This document shows positions 22,001 through 31,425 of a DNA stretch of 64,000 nt, one piece after another. Within the stretch, counting starts at the first letter, position 1. Each line of letters starts with the position of its first letter. The position numbers were made by a program, and so were the translations under genes. This DNA comes from a virus. The stretch spans positions 1 to 64,000 of the IMG/VR virus record IMGVR_UViG_3300044941_000276. One strand, 5' to 3'. The notes under the pieces were generated by a model. It ran no database searches, had not been told where the DNA came from, and saw only the letters and a list, made by a program, of their open reading frames with translations.

Positions 22001-25000
22001 TACTTTTTCTTCGCTATTTTCTATTATAAGATCTAATAATTCATCTAATGATTTTAAATTTTTAATTTTATTTTTTAATTCCAGATAATCATCATCTAAA
22101 TCTTCATCTTCTAAGAGATCTAGATGTTTTTTTAACTCTTCAAGTTTTTCTGATTTTGTTTTATCCGATCCTAACTCGATGTATAATTTATTTAAAGGAT
22201 CATCTTCAAAAAGATCTATAACGGGACTATTGATTGGTAATTTGCTAATATATTTTTCAAGAGTAAATTCTTTATCCTCTAAAATTTTACCATCTTTATC
22301 TTTTACATAATAATTATCGAAACCTATATCGTTTTTACCTGTATCGCTAGACACTTTATATCCAGGATATATATAAGGCAGAACGTCCGACGACGGTATG
22401 TAACCAGGCGTTGATATTATGGTATCGATTTCTTTTAATATTTCTTTTTTCCTTCCCTCGTCCGATTCTTTGTATTCATTAGCTAACCTAAATAATTTAT
22501 TATCAAGAGCCGCTTGTTTTATTTTAATTTTTTCATCACTTTCTTTATCACCTTGATTATATAAAGCTCTGAAATAAGGATCTCCCTCAGGAGATTTGCT
22601 AATCTTTGATTTTGCTTGTATAAAAGCTTCTCTCAATTCTTTTGGTCTTTGAGTAGTACGATATTTTTCCCAATCATCCAATGCTTTTTTAAGATCGGCG
22701 CCTTTTTTCATACTACCGTCTTCATTGGTTATAAAGTCAATTTTATTCTTAACGTTAAATCCTTGTTGAAGAACATAGTTTTTATTAAATAAAGCTTCTT
22801 CCAGATAATCTTCTATTATAGGATTGGCATCTTTACCAATAGAACGATAATATTCAAACTTTTCTTGAAGTTCTTTTTCTTTAGCTTCTAATTGTTTTAA
22901 AATTTCTTTATTTCTAGCATCGCTTCCAGCTGGGTCTCTTCCAGCAATGTCGTTAAGTACTTTTTCTTTTTCAAGTTGAACTTTTACTAGTTCTCTCGAT
23001 ACTGATCGAGCGTCATTAACAATACTGCTAAGAGATGCTGCTTGAAACAAATTAGCTCCTCCTGCTACTTTATTAAATCTTTGACTTATACCATCAAATT
23101 CATCTTTAGTTGCACCTATACCTTCGTAAGCCGTTTTCAGTTTTTTAATATCGGCTGCCATAGTATTGGCTATATAATCAGCTTGTGATATATCGGTAGG
23201 GTCATTGCTATTATATGATCGGTATACTCTTTTACCATCAATAGTATCATAATAAACCGCAGATAGATTATTTGATGCTATATTGGCTTTTCTAAGATTC
23301 TCTATTTGTTTTAAAGCAGTATCGGTGTATCCTGATTGAACTATATCGGATAAAGTTTGAAGTCGATCATTATTTTTACCATTTTGAATACGATCAACTA
23401 TACCAGTAGTACCGCCAGCAAGAGCTCCCGCTACAGCCGATACAGCCAATTCACTAAAGAAATCTTCTCCCCACGGATTAAGAGCTTTATACTTACTAGC
23501 ATCTTTTTCGTCAAGTAAATTAAACTTATTCATTACTTGAGCAGCTGTCTTAAAAACTTCACCAAATATAACTTCGGTTGGTTCTTCAAGACCTTCTCCT
23601 ACAACACCTTTTATAATTTCATTTCCGCTATAACCTTTACCTAAGAAATCACCTATCCCTTGAAGCTTCTTTTTAACAGTGTTCATAAAACTAGAAGCTA
23701 CTGCCGCTTTTTGAGGCTCTGACATATTATTGATAGCTTGAGGACTATATACTTTCTTAAAATCATCCATAGTCTCTTTAAGAATCTTTTTCACTTGACT
23801 CTTAGCTATCTTGTCATCAAATTTATCCAACATCCATGTTTCAAAAGGAGAAATTTTATAAAAGGCACCAAGTGTAATAGCAGCAATACCCATAAAGATA
23901 TCCTTTGTACCTTTATCAAAACCAGCTCTCTCAAATTGTTCTCCTACTTCTTGAGCAGATTGTGCTGTCATATATGCAGTTGCTGCATTTTTAGCAACAT
24001 TTAAAAATCTTTTAGCTGATTTGTCGCCAGCTTGTAACGCTTTTTGAAAGTTAGGGTCGGCTACCGATTTAATAAACAACGGAGCCTCCATAAGTAATCT
24101 TTGTCCTGCAATTTGAGTAGCTCCACTACCTATCATACTAAGTATACCTTCCATAGAGAAAGGATCGCGTTGAGCTTGTTCTGTTTGACTAGATATAGTC
24201 AACATTTTACCCCAATTAGTAATTGTGTTACCAATATCTTCTGCTTCTTTAGAAGGTTTATATTTATCAGGATCAAATGAGCCGTTAGCAAAAGCGTTAC
24301 TTAAAGCGCTTACTGATTTATAAGCTTCTCCAAAAAGACTCATGCCTGTTGTAGCTAACCAACCAGCAGCTAATAATCCTTTTGTTACAGGGTTAAATAA
24401 TGAAGCTACTTTTAATCCTTCTTTTATAAGAGATCTTCCAACATTTTGTTCTATTTGATCGCTATCCATGAAATCAAAATTGTTAAGCGCAGAATCTTCA
24501 TCTGTAATAGCATTATCAAAAGATAACATCAAGTGTTCTTTTCCAGAAGTATCCCTTGTACCTATAGTTTCATAATAATAGTTTCCGTATATATCGGTAA
24601 CTGGATTTTTATTTTCATCGTGAGCTAACCATAATCCGCCCTTTTTAGCACCAATAGAAAAAAAGTCCAATATTCCTCCAACACCATCACCATTATCGAT
24701 CATTTTACCGGTATCGTGATCTTTGTAATAGGTGTTTTTTTGAGCAACTTCGTGCATACTATATCGAGCCTTTTCTATATTATCGTAGCTTTTGGTATAT
24801 TCTCTTTTATTAGGTAAGAAGCTAACGCTCAAATTTGGAGCCGATACCAAACCTATAGTTCTAGAAATAGGATCATCGAGCGCATAACCAGCAGAAATAC
24901 TAGTAGGATTGGCAACTCTACCGTTTTCATATTCATTATACGCTTGTTCGACACTTTTGTACCACTTATTAAAATCTTCCTCAGGTACATTTTTAAATGT

Positions 25001-25126
25001 ATCGGTATTACGATATTCTTTTGCAGGTTTTAATTTAAAATTTTCGTAATTACCATAAGTACCAGTAAGTACGCCAAAATCATAATTTGATTGATGAAGC
25101 GCAGCGGCAAAATCTTTTTCTTCCAT
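16001..25126 (-). CDS. Giant virion cargo protein (3041 aa): hydrophobic N-terminal region, SF1 helicase-like domain, S/T/P-rich linkers
   Basis: SF1 motifs NSNPGIGKT, LILDEATH, MFGDTNQLG, SFRN, IQGREFDYVII, TLLSRYK (nt ~20020-20970); Ala/Gly-rich hydrophobic helices (LLAAGWLATTG, LAVSAVAGALAGG) and EGLEEPTE in the first 600 aa. Confidence 0.8.
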   Translation of the reverse strand: MEEKDFAAALHQSNYDFGVLTGTYGNYENFKLKPAKEYRNTDTFKNVPEEDFNKWYKSVEQAYNEYENGRVANPTSISAGYALDDPISRTIGLVSAPNLSVSFLPNKREYTKSYDNIEKARYSMHEVAQKNTYYKDHDTGKMIDNGDGVGGILDFFSIGAKKGGLWLAHDENKNPVTDIYGNYYYETIGTRDTSGKEHLMLSFDNAITDEDSALNNFDFMDSDQIEQNVGRSLIKEGLKVASLFNPVTKGLLAAGWLATTGMSLFGEAYKSVSALSNAFANGSFDPDKYKPSKEAEDIGNTITNWGKMLTISSQTEQAQRDPFSMEGILSMIGSGATQIAGQRLLMEAPLFIKSVADPNFQKALQAGDKSAKRFLNVAKNAATAYMTAQSAQEVGEQFERAGFDKGTKDIFMGIAAITLGAFYKISPFETWMLDKFDDKIAKSQVKKILKETMDDFKKVYSPQAINNMSEPQKAAVASSFMNTVKKKLQGIGDFLGKGYSGNEIIKGVVGEGLEEPTEVIFGEVFKTAAQVMNKFNLLDEKDASKYKALNPWGEDFFSELAVSAVAGALAGGTTGIVDRIQNGKNNDRLQTLSDIVQSGYTDTALKQIENLRKANIASNNLSAVYYDTIDGKRVYRSYNSNDPTDISQADYIANTMAADIKKLKTAYEGIGATKDEFDGISQRFNKVAGGANLFQAASLSSIVNDARSVSRELVKVQLEKEKVLNDIAGRDPAGSDARNKEILKQLEAKEKELQEKFEYYRSIGKDANPIIEDYLEEALFNKNYVLQQGFNVKNKIDFITNEDGSMKKGADLKKALDDWEKYRTTQRPKELREAFIQAKSKISKSPEGDPYFRALYNQGDKESDEKIKIKQAALDNKLFRLANEYKESDEGRKKEILKEIDTIISTPGYIPSSDVLPYIYPGYKVSSDTGKNDIGFDNYYVKDKDGKILEDKEFTLEKYISKLPINSPVIDLFEDDPLNKLYIELGSDKTKSEKLEELKKHLDLLEDEDLDDDYLELKNKIKNLKSLDELLDLIIENSEEKVKEHLLDVKENLPLYNTIAQKVGNNPDSSFVPRSIVDNEVQSTIEKLRSQADTMQSDFKGDDIENELEELIDKINQKRAILQIPAYIKPIINKLKSLEPSYFSGKKRETETPDISKDEANVIDNMYRAQLKQASDLLKLARLNGKVQTKSIEARYIYGALQVVKNIVAKVGISGYSYDDELIEILNSDEKTIAAKSNLEQLAFKSYQELIKLNKKLHEIYKKGGEEADKLKNALKASKKSMIDVGSERSMDNPEDLADMMLVSMMRGDIDAFFEKIHAIKKEITKDPNGKVPTFEQEMVLFQAFSAYQYHEKLKIKSVKSRGSKVTAVDNTIPEIETPGFNRGIFINSNPGIGKTEVLINYLARLLESVTADYTISSPKQEIVDNVLYGVFKSTSEPGSVESKIKKKIKNPSLVKITGQVDNKSTPRMVEKSAFTSKSDVIVPDYDLKKTDKPVNKYLILDEATHLTKSDIQLLHDSDQFVFMFGDTNQLGATINLENGTSAPVKTPTLSYLPGIERSPRITMSFRNRTENYDSNAMTLARLSNTVHDANISEIDNVYEVNAKNNPLFFNYSKKDTKGVTVYSKELEDEIIAKANAEGASYVIIDDVIGKSTDPNVLSFKEIQGREFDYVIIRKLPDDTGMGMNPFEKIQTLNTLLSRYKRAMLLPVSKNNNYYGIEVKFNDVEKVVDQLVMTPEKAESMKNISLAATSRTSSGTIKGSVPVSGSPIGTGVPTPEKSGTSSSTTSSTSKEELSPEEEALSVPAGTYAGLKRIDDKLDEDDYSDDGDDFAKQNVFFYFGESKQPSFKDAIDVFNQLINGTSLYDVTLNGKNIGNSIRIVKENYEDKLFYKIKYGDTTLFRFPGIDGISSLTDAEKTALKNKLESLIKPTPLTKEEINEIGLLFTNGEGVEPTVMPFKRNRLSSPLNQEDYLKIHEEQGVYITPTFILTVDPINTVLDEDGNTIETLLLSELKKAFGYIPIYTIDDIPDENIKNIIRSEFNRYRKLLGRAISFVTTDIEFKNSSPEDATSTKNILKQYMLSNILSRIDKFKNEYANKRMSIIFRKAKKDSLSRYLYRVKQKYDLIKQIIKKDPNVEIDAFFEAAMDISDLRRIGLSIYEHVVKQLEAGNYTDPLLAKLISKDASTRITLGEPVYTKDSSGKVVEKYKVGDSISITEALFGFSVDKDPSGKYYITEHYPVEGDKKDGKKVPYIKSRKINNTDVPIILQNSDDRSTRIAMDMGKNLDYTQDSTLITSLGTYKFNNDRGRVNSSFLLYQLIDAINTDNLNNASDEASSIKEIENALSMLGVTIGSINYRTGIIWNKLDKDNYSAAASPDADLDYENNKEIFPTIAIPKSKISKFIGIAPTPSKSTSTTPTPDTTTSTPGTSSSSITSSTVVTPESSSRPTSTDAVISTDVKSIPTIELDTEIDEITPPAKPYILNVTYPTDKNTPVPNTYVFTNTGQEINEALENQLGLWVNSFGDDVGIETSKIPPADLRKMIFGNNTDIEVLVYDEMLNGMFGDIFLYNPRTGEMGLTHDKVKQLNNKIKATREQVNKDTLQLFTEMGFKSTGDLNNDVVLMLKLLLDIDPGKINHNAKKQIAVFLAYNVGHHLIKGNVFADLNRVIKVTTDKNQKIVYSMTNIVKEHSYMQESGEVDGLEGGSQFLTAFLNRYEKVSPTVTKDDKGNVVIDFDNVQTVSNVFVNKGELLYGWEEVIDTLNALNIKYDSEDINDVLVKGMETAKANPNKFSYRALNTLATLNMILGVENSTDPINISTSAFTSTSSSKRYSINNMINNKNLTSGQIKALYDLRSAFINMFKLKQVKPDMVINGQATKESDRIKNTIVSRYTEKIESLDIGSMINDIREYIEEYYYIAYNKITKRNVIVLKSDKAENEAILKLVNSLFKVLEEKEVNNLFINPQKIINFVNNIINGGNDPEIRSQALNELASIKMESEQSLKTKTTFSTVDGNSSGIFSNTNVILSNIYNRIATMWNDLNNCSK

Positions 25127-25133
25127 TTTTTAA

Positions 25134-27062
25134 TTATTTGTTATTAAAGATGTCAATAGTAGGAGCGTTATTAGATTTAATTGGTCTTCTGTCAAAATTA
25201 AGAGCTTGTTGTTGTAAATAGTAAGCATCATCTGACTGTGGTGGAGTTTCAACTTTCGATACAGTTTCAGCCCCTCTCGATCTCATTGCAAACTCGCTTG
25301 AAGCTGGAGCAAACATTGTAACAACAGCAGCTCCATCTTTTGAAAGAAGTTCTACACCAGTATCGTCACCATATACTTCTTTTATCTTTCTTTCATAGAT
25401 GTCTGCTTCCTCGCCAGTAAGTTTACGAAAAGCGGGGTTTCCTCCTGCCCAACTTCTTGTCCAGTCTGATAACCAACTAGTACCTCGATATTCCGAAGAG
25501 TTAGGTATTACAGCTTTGTATATTACAATAGGAACTACTTCATACGATTCACCTAATTCTTTTTGTAATTTTTGATTTAGTGCTTTTATTTTAGCAAGCT
25601 GTTGTTCTTGTGTGCTATTACCTCTCTCACTCTCAATTTTTTTCATCGCTTCGGCATATCTTTTACCAATTTCAGAATCTTCGTTTATAATATATCTATC
25701 AGTACCTTTTCTTCTTAATGTATAAGTATAAACAAGACTTCTTGGATCATAAGCAAGCTGTTCTCTAGGAGGTACGGGTTTAGCATCGCTCGATGCGCCA
25801 ATAACTCTTGATTTATTAAGATCACCTACTTCATTTATACGAGTATTGATTACACTTAATACCGATCGGTTATCTCCAGTACCGGTAAAGATGTCATCTT
25901 TGCCGTACATTATATTAGCAAAATTACTACCTCTTATATTCATAACCATTCCACTGGGAAGAGTGATGTCGAAACTAACAGGATCACCCATAACCGCCTC
26001 GGCTTGATTAAGCGATAAATCTGCCATCTTATTACTACTACCCCCTGAACCAAGATTATTACCTATAGAAGCACCGTCTTTATTTTCATATTCGTATATA
26101 TGTTGTCTATTCATACTAGATACTAAGTATTGATTTACAACAGCCGATATGTTATCGGAAGTAACTGGTCTACCCGATCTCATGAGATACATAACAGCGT
26201 TACTTTTCATAGTATCTATTTCCTCTTGAGTAAATGATTTCATCAGTGTATTAAACGCTTCTTGTAATCTTGAGTAATTATCTTTTAATCTATACCCTCC
26301 TTCTGAATTAATTTCATATAAACTTCCATTTATTTCTCTAATATCAAAAGATTTATTATCTTTTCCTGTTAATTTGTAACCAACATTAGCAAAAACATCT
26401 CTTACTCTATTTCTTAATTGATCACCATTAACTCCCCAGTTAATATAAGCATCAAGATCATATCTCCCAGCTAATTCTGGTACGTAATCCCTTAAATCAT
26501 TAAGTTCTTGTACACTAACCGGACTATAACCAGCTGCTTGATATTCGTCTAGTTTATCGATGGGTATTGTTTTAATTTCATTTTTATTATTTTTTACCAT
26601 CATCGAGTCTTCTTTAACTACATATTGTCCAGTTATTCCTTTTTTAGCTGCATCTTGATAAGCTTGATCGGTTCTGCTTTTTGAAACAATAAGTTCATTT
26701 AAAACACTTGGGGATGTAAGTTTAGCATATCCGTTCATAATAGCTTGATATCGCTCGCTATTTCCTAATATATCAAGATCACTTAAAGATTGTAATTGAG
26801 AATCGAGGGCTTTTTTCATTTGATATAGCTGATTTACTTCATTTGTGTGACCTTTACCTTTTAATTCGGCTATCATTCCGTCAATGTTTGGAGATAATTT
26901 AGATTTATCTATATTAGGAAATTGAGCAACAGGTGCAGGTTGAAGAGCTATTCCTGTTTGTCTTGGTTTAAAAGTAGATCTATTGGTCATAGTAATAAAA
27001 TTACTACCACCACCGATCATTCCTCCCGATTGATAACGTTTTTTAAATCTCAGCAATCTCAT
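25134..27062 (-). CDS. Putative ejected cargo protein (642 aa)
   Basis: Directly upstream of the giant cargo genes; N-terminal RYQSGGMI motif; no Cys. Confidence 0.6.
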   Translation of the reverse strand: MRLLRFKKRYQSGGMIGGGSNFITMTNRSTFKPRQTGIALQPAPVAQFPNIDKSKLSPNIDGMIAELKGKGHTNEVNQLYQMKKALDSQLQSLSDLDILGNSERYQAIMNGYAKLTSPSVLNELIVSKSRTDQAYQDAAKKGITGQYVVKEDSMMVKNNKNEIKTIPIDKLDEYQAAGYSPVSVQELNDLRDYVPELAGRYDLDAYINWGVNGDQLRNRVRDVFANVGYKLTGKDNKSFDIREINGSLYEINSEGGYRLKDNYSRLQEAFNTLMKSFTQEEIDTMKSNAVMYLMRSGRPVTSDNISAVVNQYLVSSMNRQHIYEYENKDGASIGNNLGSGGSSNKMADLSLNQAEAVMGDPVSFDITLPSGMVMNIRGSNFANIMYGKDDIFTGTGDNRSVLSVINTRINEVGDLNKSRVIGASSDAKPVPPREQLAYDPRSLVYTYTLRRKGTDRYIINEDSEIGKRYAEAMKKIESERGNSTQEQQLAKIKALNQKLQKELGESYEVVPIVIYKAVIPNSSEYRGTSWLSDWTRSWAGGNPAFRKLTGEEADIYERKIKEVYGDDTGVELLSKDGAAVVTMFAPASSEFAMRSRGAETVSKVETPPQSDDAYYLQQQALNFDRRPIKSNNAPTIDIFNNK

Positions 27063-28506
27063 CGTATATTAGCTAATTTGTTTAATAAACTATTGATTCT
27101 TTTTAAACTATTGTCTTGTCTTGATCTTTCTAGTTTTAAAGCTTGTTCTCGTTCTTTCAAATATACTTTATCTTGAACAGTCATTTCTTTTTTATTCTTT
27201 TTTTCTATCATTCTTAGTTTAGATTTGTGACTTTCAAGATCTTTTAGTTCTTCAAGTGTCAAGCCTCCTTTTTTATAAGTTTCTACTCCCATAGAATTGA
27301 GTACGCCAGCTCCTTCTTTTTTGTAAGATGTAACTGGTATCATGCCTTCCCCTGGACGCCGTCCTCTAAGGTTCATTTGTCTTTCTTGCATATATTGTGA
27401 AAAGAGAAGTTGAGCTTGCTGCTCCCATCTTTTTTTGTTCTCTTCGTAATCTTTATTTGCATCGTCGTAATCTTGGTTAGCTTTTTCTATTAATGGACGA
27501 TATCTTTCAACTATTTTTTCTCTCTCTTCATCAGTAGTAGCTTTAGCTATATCATTTTGATAATTTTTTAATATTTCATTTTTTTCTTTTGTTGATTCTT
27601 TTAATTTTTCAGCGTATTCTTTAATTTTATTATTTACATACGATTGAGTGTATTGTTGTATTTCTAATGCCGCTTGATTCTGAGCATTTAAGTCATTGAT
27701 TTGATTATCATATTCATTACCATATGCAGCATCGACCATTAATTTTACTCTTTCAGCATCGTTCATCTTTTGTTCCTCAAAATTAGCTTGAGCTGCTATA
27801 TTTTTTGCGTCTATTAAATCATTTTCAAAATTAAGTCTATTTCTATTATTTTTATTTATAGCATCTGTTTGATACAAATAAGCTTTAGATAATTGATCTT
27901 GTATATTACTTAAAGTCTTCTCTCTAAAATCGTTTGTGTTAGCTTGTTGAGCTGTGCTTTGAATAATATTAGCGTGTTGATCAGCACTATTAATATTTGT
28001 AATATTTTGATTTGCTATCTGTTGATTAATTTTATTTGGATCAAATGTCATAGGTTGAGGTACAATGTCATCTCGATATAATTTATTTTTTACTTCAAGT
28101 GTTCTTTTATTAGCTTGATTTAATAGATGTTCATAAAGATCCCTTCTAAAGTTTTCGTTAGTTTTATAAAACTTATCATTACCATCTTTGTTTTTACTTA
28201 CTATTACTTGAGTTTCGACTTGAGACTCGTTTGGTGTTTCTTTAGACTCGGTTATTATTTGACCGCTTTCCGGTAAACTTCCAGACTTCATACTTTCTAA
28301 TCTATTCTTCATGGAGTCAACAAGGCTTTTTTGAGCTATATCGGTTATGTTATTTTTTATTATAGGATCTCTTCTAATGGGTGTAACATCACCAGAAGAC
28401 AAAGAAACGGGTCGATCTCCCTTATTTTGAGAAACCAACCCTCCCTTTAATCTATTTATAAAACTATTAGTTAATTCTTCAGACTTTTTTTTTTAAACAC
28501 GTTCAT
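27059..28506 (-). CDS. Putative coiled-coil cargo protein; likely start ATG 28506 joined across an A10 run by a -1 shift (ORF track starts at TTG 28438)
   Basis: Q/N/K-rich coiled coil with TYKKGGLT; the ATG at 28506 is one base out of frame across T10 at 28485-28494 (+ coordinates). Confidence 0.6.
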
Positions 28507-28530
28507 ATCTTTATTAATAATTAATGATTA

Positions 28531-28538
28531 CAAAATTA
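28531..28538 (-). promoter_or_regulatory. Bacteroidota sigma-A-type -7 element (TAnnTTTG)
   Basis: - strand TAATTTTG in an AT-rich intergenic gap, ~25 nt upstream of ATG 28506. Confidence 0.45.
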
Positions 28539-28630
28539 AATTATTTATAGGATAACTCTTATTATTTTTTATTTAGTACTTTATTTATTTAAGAGTTAAT
28601 TTTTTTATTCAACCTATTTAATGATTGTTT

Positions 28631-30814
28631 TTATGGATTATTCTTTTGTATCTTATTTATATTTCTTCCTTGATTAAAAGCTGTTGTAGTAGCATCATAT
28701 AACCTACCCGCGCCAATAACAGTGTTTTTAGCTATATTTGAAATATTATCACTTAATTTAGACCAAAAACCTGGACCTTTATCTTCAAGTTTAGCTTTTG
28801 GTTGAGGTTGAGGTTTAGGTTTAACATTTTGAGAAGGTGATCTAGTTAAACCAAATTGTTCTTCTGCCCTTTGTGTATAAGTAAGTCCCTTTTTACTTTT
28901 ATCTATAGGGTCAAGTTTTACAAAGTTTTTAGCTTTATTACTAATACCCATAATAACTTGTCCCAGATTGAGTAATATATTGGCTACCTCCGGATCTCTA
29001 AAAAATTCACTTGGATCATTTTGATATTTTTTTACAGCATTGTTTAATGTATCGCTAATATATGTCGCATCGGAAGCATTATACAATCCTGTTGCTGTAA
29101 TTGCTCCAATGATTACATTTCTATTAGTGACTATATCTTTTAATTTTTTAAACACTCTTGGTAAAAGAGCAACGTCGCCTACTATAGGTACGATGCTGGC
29201 AATGTTTGCTCCTGCGTTAGCTGCGCTGTATAGAAAATCGTTAATTCCATAACTTTCACCTTTTTTCTGTCTTAACAGATATCTAGCCCTTTCATCAAGT
29301 CCTTGTGAACCAATAGCGGCAACACCAGCGCTAATAGGTTCTGGACTTATTATAGATAAAGCGTCAGCGACAGCTGAAGCAAAGTATAATTTATCAGGAT
29401 CATCCCAAAAAGATTTATCAACCTTATTATTGTCTCTATTTCCAGGTTTATCCGTTACAACTTTAGCAGTATCAGATTTAACACCGGATGAATCTATTTG
29501 TGTATTTCTAGTAGTTGTATCGGTTTGAGTTTTTGTTTTTAGTTTAGCAATTTCAGCTCCTGTTTGATATAAAACAAGTCCTCCATTTTTATTTGAAGGT
29601 ACTTTGTTTTTTGCCACATTGGTATTTCTTCTATTTTCATTTTGAAACAGTGTTCTTTCTAATAAATCGTCGGTATAAAATCCATCACCTTCTAATAACT
29701 GAGAAGTTCCTTTTTTAAACGGAATTAATCTATTATTTCCAGGAAAATATCTATAAGTAACTGTTCCTATATTATTACCTACATCAACATCTAAATCATA
29801 AACTTCTCCAATTTTAGGAACGTTTTGTTTTTTATATCCTATGATTTCTAAAAGAGCTTCTTTTATTTGTTGATCAGTAAATTTGTTTAATTCTTCCATC
29901 ATTTTTTTGTGAAATTTTATATACGCATCTCCTTTAGCTGTTTGCATCTTATCCATAAGATAAGCCTTCTGATAATATAATCTTTTAATTGGAGAAAGAC
30001 TATTGAATTCTTTTTCAATAGTTACATAAGTTTCCGGTTTATATTTAGGTTGTCTTCTAGACGGTTTTTCTTCTTTTTTAACGGGTTCCTCTTTCGTTAC
30101 ATCAGGTTTCGTTACATCAGGTTTAGAAACAGGTTGTTCTTCAATAGGATCTTGTTTAACCGATTCTTGTTTAGCCGGTTCTTCTTTTTTAGGAAAATAT
30201 TGATCAAGTAAAGAACTATCGTTAGCTACAGCATCGGAAACAATATTATGAATAAGTTGTGCTTTATTTTCACCAAAGTTTCCTAATTGTTTTAGTATAT
30301 TAGGTTTATCTTTAGTAAAGTTTTTTCCAGATCCTACTGATGTATTCCAACCTTTACCAAGATATTCTATCTGTCCGTTTTTATATACTCTTATTACTTT
30401 ACCTTGCGTGTTAGCAAGATTACTAATTTCTTCTCTACCTCTTACAGCTCTACGAGATGTATCTTTTCCAGTTATTTTATTAACAAGATCAAAGTATTCG
30501 GTACCTGTAAGGTCTACATAATCAACTCCCGACGGTACTCCGTTTCCAGTTACTCCTTTTTGATAAAAGAGAGTACCTCCTTTCTCAAAGGACTCATAAC
30601 CAAAGGTTGATTCAATAATATCTCTTGCTGCAAGTTCATGCATCGTCTCATATACATAATCTTTAAATTGATTATATGTCATATCAGGATAAGCAGATCG
30701 AAAATCAAAATCCTTTAACATATAATCTAACGCTTGTTCGTCATATTCTGTCCACACAGGTTTACTTTCTGTCCCGAGTGCACTTTGTATATTATTTAAT
30801 ATCAAATCTTTCAT
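28631..30814 (-). CDS. Putative ejected membrane-inserting cargo protein (727 aa)
   Basis: Hydrophobic helices LYFASAVADALSIISPEPISAGVAAIG and FLYSAANAGANIASIVPIVGDVALL; SFEKGG and NKNGG motifs; no Cys. Confidence 0.6.
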   Translation of the reverse strand: MKDLILNNIQSALGTESKPVWTEYDEQALDYMLKDFDFRSAYPDMTYNQFKDYVYETMHELAARDIIESTFGYESFEKGGTLFYQKGVTGNGVPSGVDYVDLTGTEYFDLVNKITGKDTSRRAVRGREEISNLANTQGKVIRVYKNGQIEYLGKGWNTSVGSGKNFTKDKPNILKQLGNFGENKAQLIHNIVSDAVANDSSLLDQYFPKKEEPAKQESVKQDPIEEQPVSKPDVTKPDVTKEEPVKKEEKPSRRQPKYKPETYVTIEKEFNSLSPIKRLYYQKAYLMDKMQTAKGDAYIKFHKKMMEELNKFTDQQIKEALLEIIGYKKQNVPKIGEVYDLDVDVGNNIGTVTYRYFPGNNRLIPFKKGTSQLLEGDGFYTDDLLERTLFQNENRRNTNVAKNKVPSNKNGGLVLYQTGAEIAKLKTKTQTDTTTRNTQIDSSGVKSDTAKVVTDKPGNRDNNKVDKSFWDDPDKLYFASAVADALSIISPEPISAGVAAIGSQGLDERARYLLRQKKGESYGINDFLYSAANAGANIASIVPIVGDVALLPRVFKKLKDIVTNRNVIIGAITATGLYNASDATYISDTLNNAVKKYQNDPSEFFRDPEVANILLNLGQVIMGISNKAKNFVKLDPIDKSKKGLTYTQRAEEQFGLTRSPSQNVKPKPQPQPKAKLEDKGPGFWSKLSDNISNIAKNTVIGAGRLYDATTTAFNQGRNINKIQKNNP
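30092..30123. repeat. 15-bp tandem duplication encoding KPDVT-KPDVT
   Basis: TTTCGTTACATCAGG occurs twice in tandem within a P/E/K-rich linker. Confidence 0.75.
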
Positions 30815-31425
30815 TATTTTATAAGATCGTTTTCGTTAATTAACGTATAGGTAAATCTTTTTTGACCGGATAACTTGCAAAGATTTATAAATTCTTCAAA
30901 TTCTGACTTACTTCTAAACACTTGACAACCTGCACTAAAAGTATCAATTGTTTCTGTAATATCAAACCAAGGGGAAGCTCTATGAATATTTAATCCAAAT
31001 AAACCTTTGTCCGATCCTACAAAATCATGTCGGTCATCTTTATTGTTATCTCTATAGACTTCTACAGGAAGTACTTGTATCAGCGCTTCATGTCTAAATC
31101 TACCTTTACCATGAAAACCTAATGTGTAGGCGTCAATATATTGTCCAGGTTTCAATATAGCAGCACCTTTTTGATTAAAAGGTTTCAATAACCAAGGTAG
31201 TCCGGGCTCTGTTGTAATAATATATCTAAAATAACGTTCTAACCGATTATCTTTATCCAACCAAAACATAAATAAACTATCATTAAAAGTATTATTACTT
31301 TTAATATTGTTTCGTATGGATATTATGTTAGGTCTATCGTTGTATAATCGATATCCCAACTTATTTGCTGTCGGTATTATCCTGTTTGTTATCAGTCTTG
31401 CCTGCGGGGTTTTCAAGTTCATCAT
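30814..31425 (-). CDS. Putative endolysin, L,D-transpeptidase (YkuD)-like
   Basis: FGLNIHRA...FSAGCQV fits the YkuD His...SxGC motif; adjacent to a 2-TM holin-like gene. Confidence 0.6.
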   Translation of the reverse strand: MMNLKTPQARLITNRIIPTANKLGYRLYNDRPNIISIRNNIKSNNTFNDSLFMFWLDKDNRLERYFRYIITTEPGLPWLLKPFNQKGAAILKPGQYIDAYTLGFHGKGRFRHEALIQVLPVEVYRDNNKDDRHDFVGSDKGLFGLNIHRASPWFDITETIDTFSAGCQVFRSKSEFEEFINLCKLSGQKRFTYTLINENDLIK

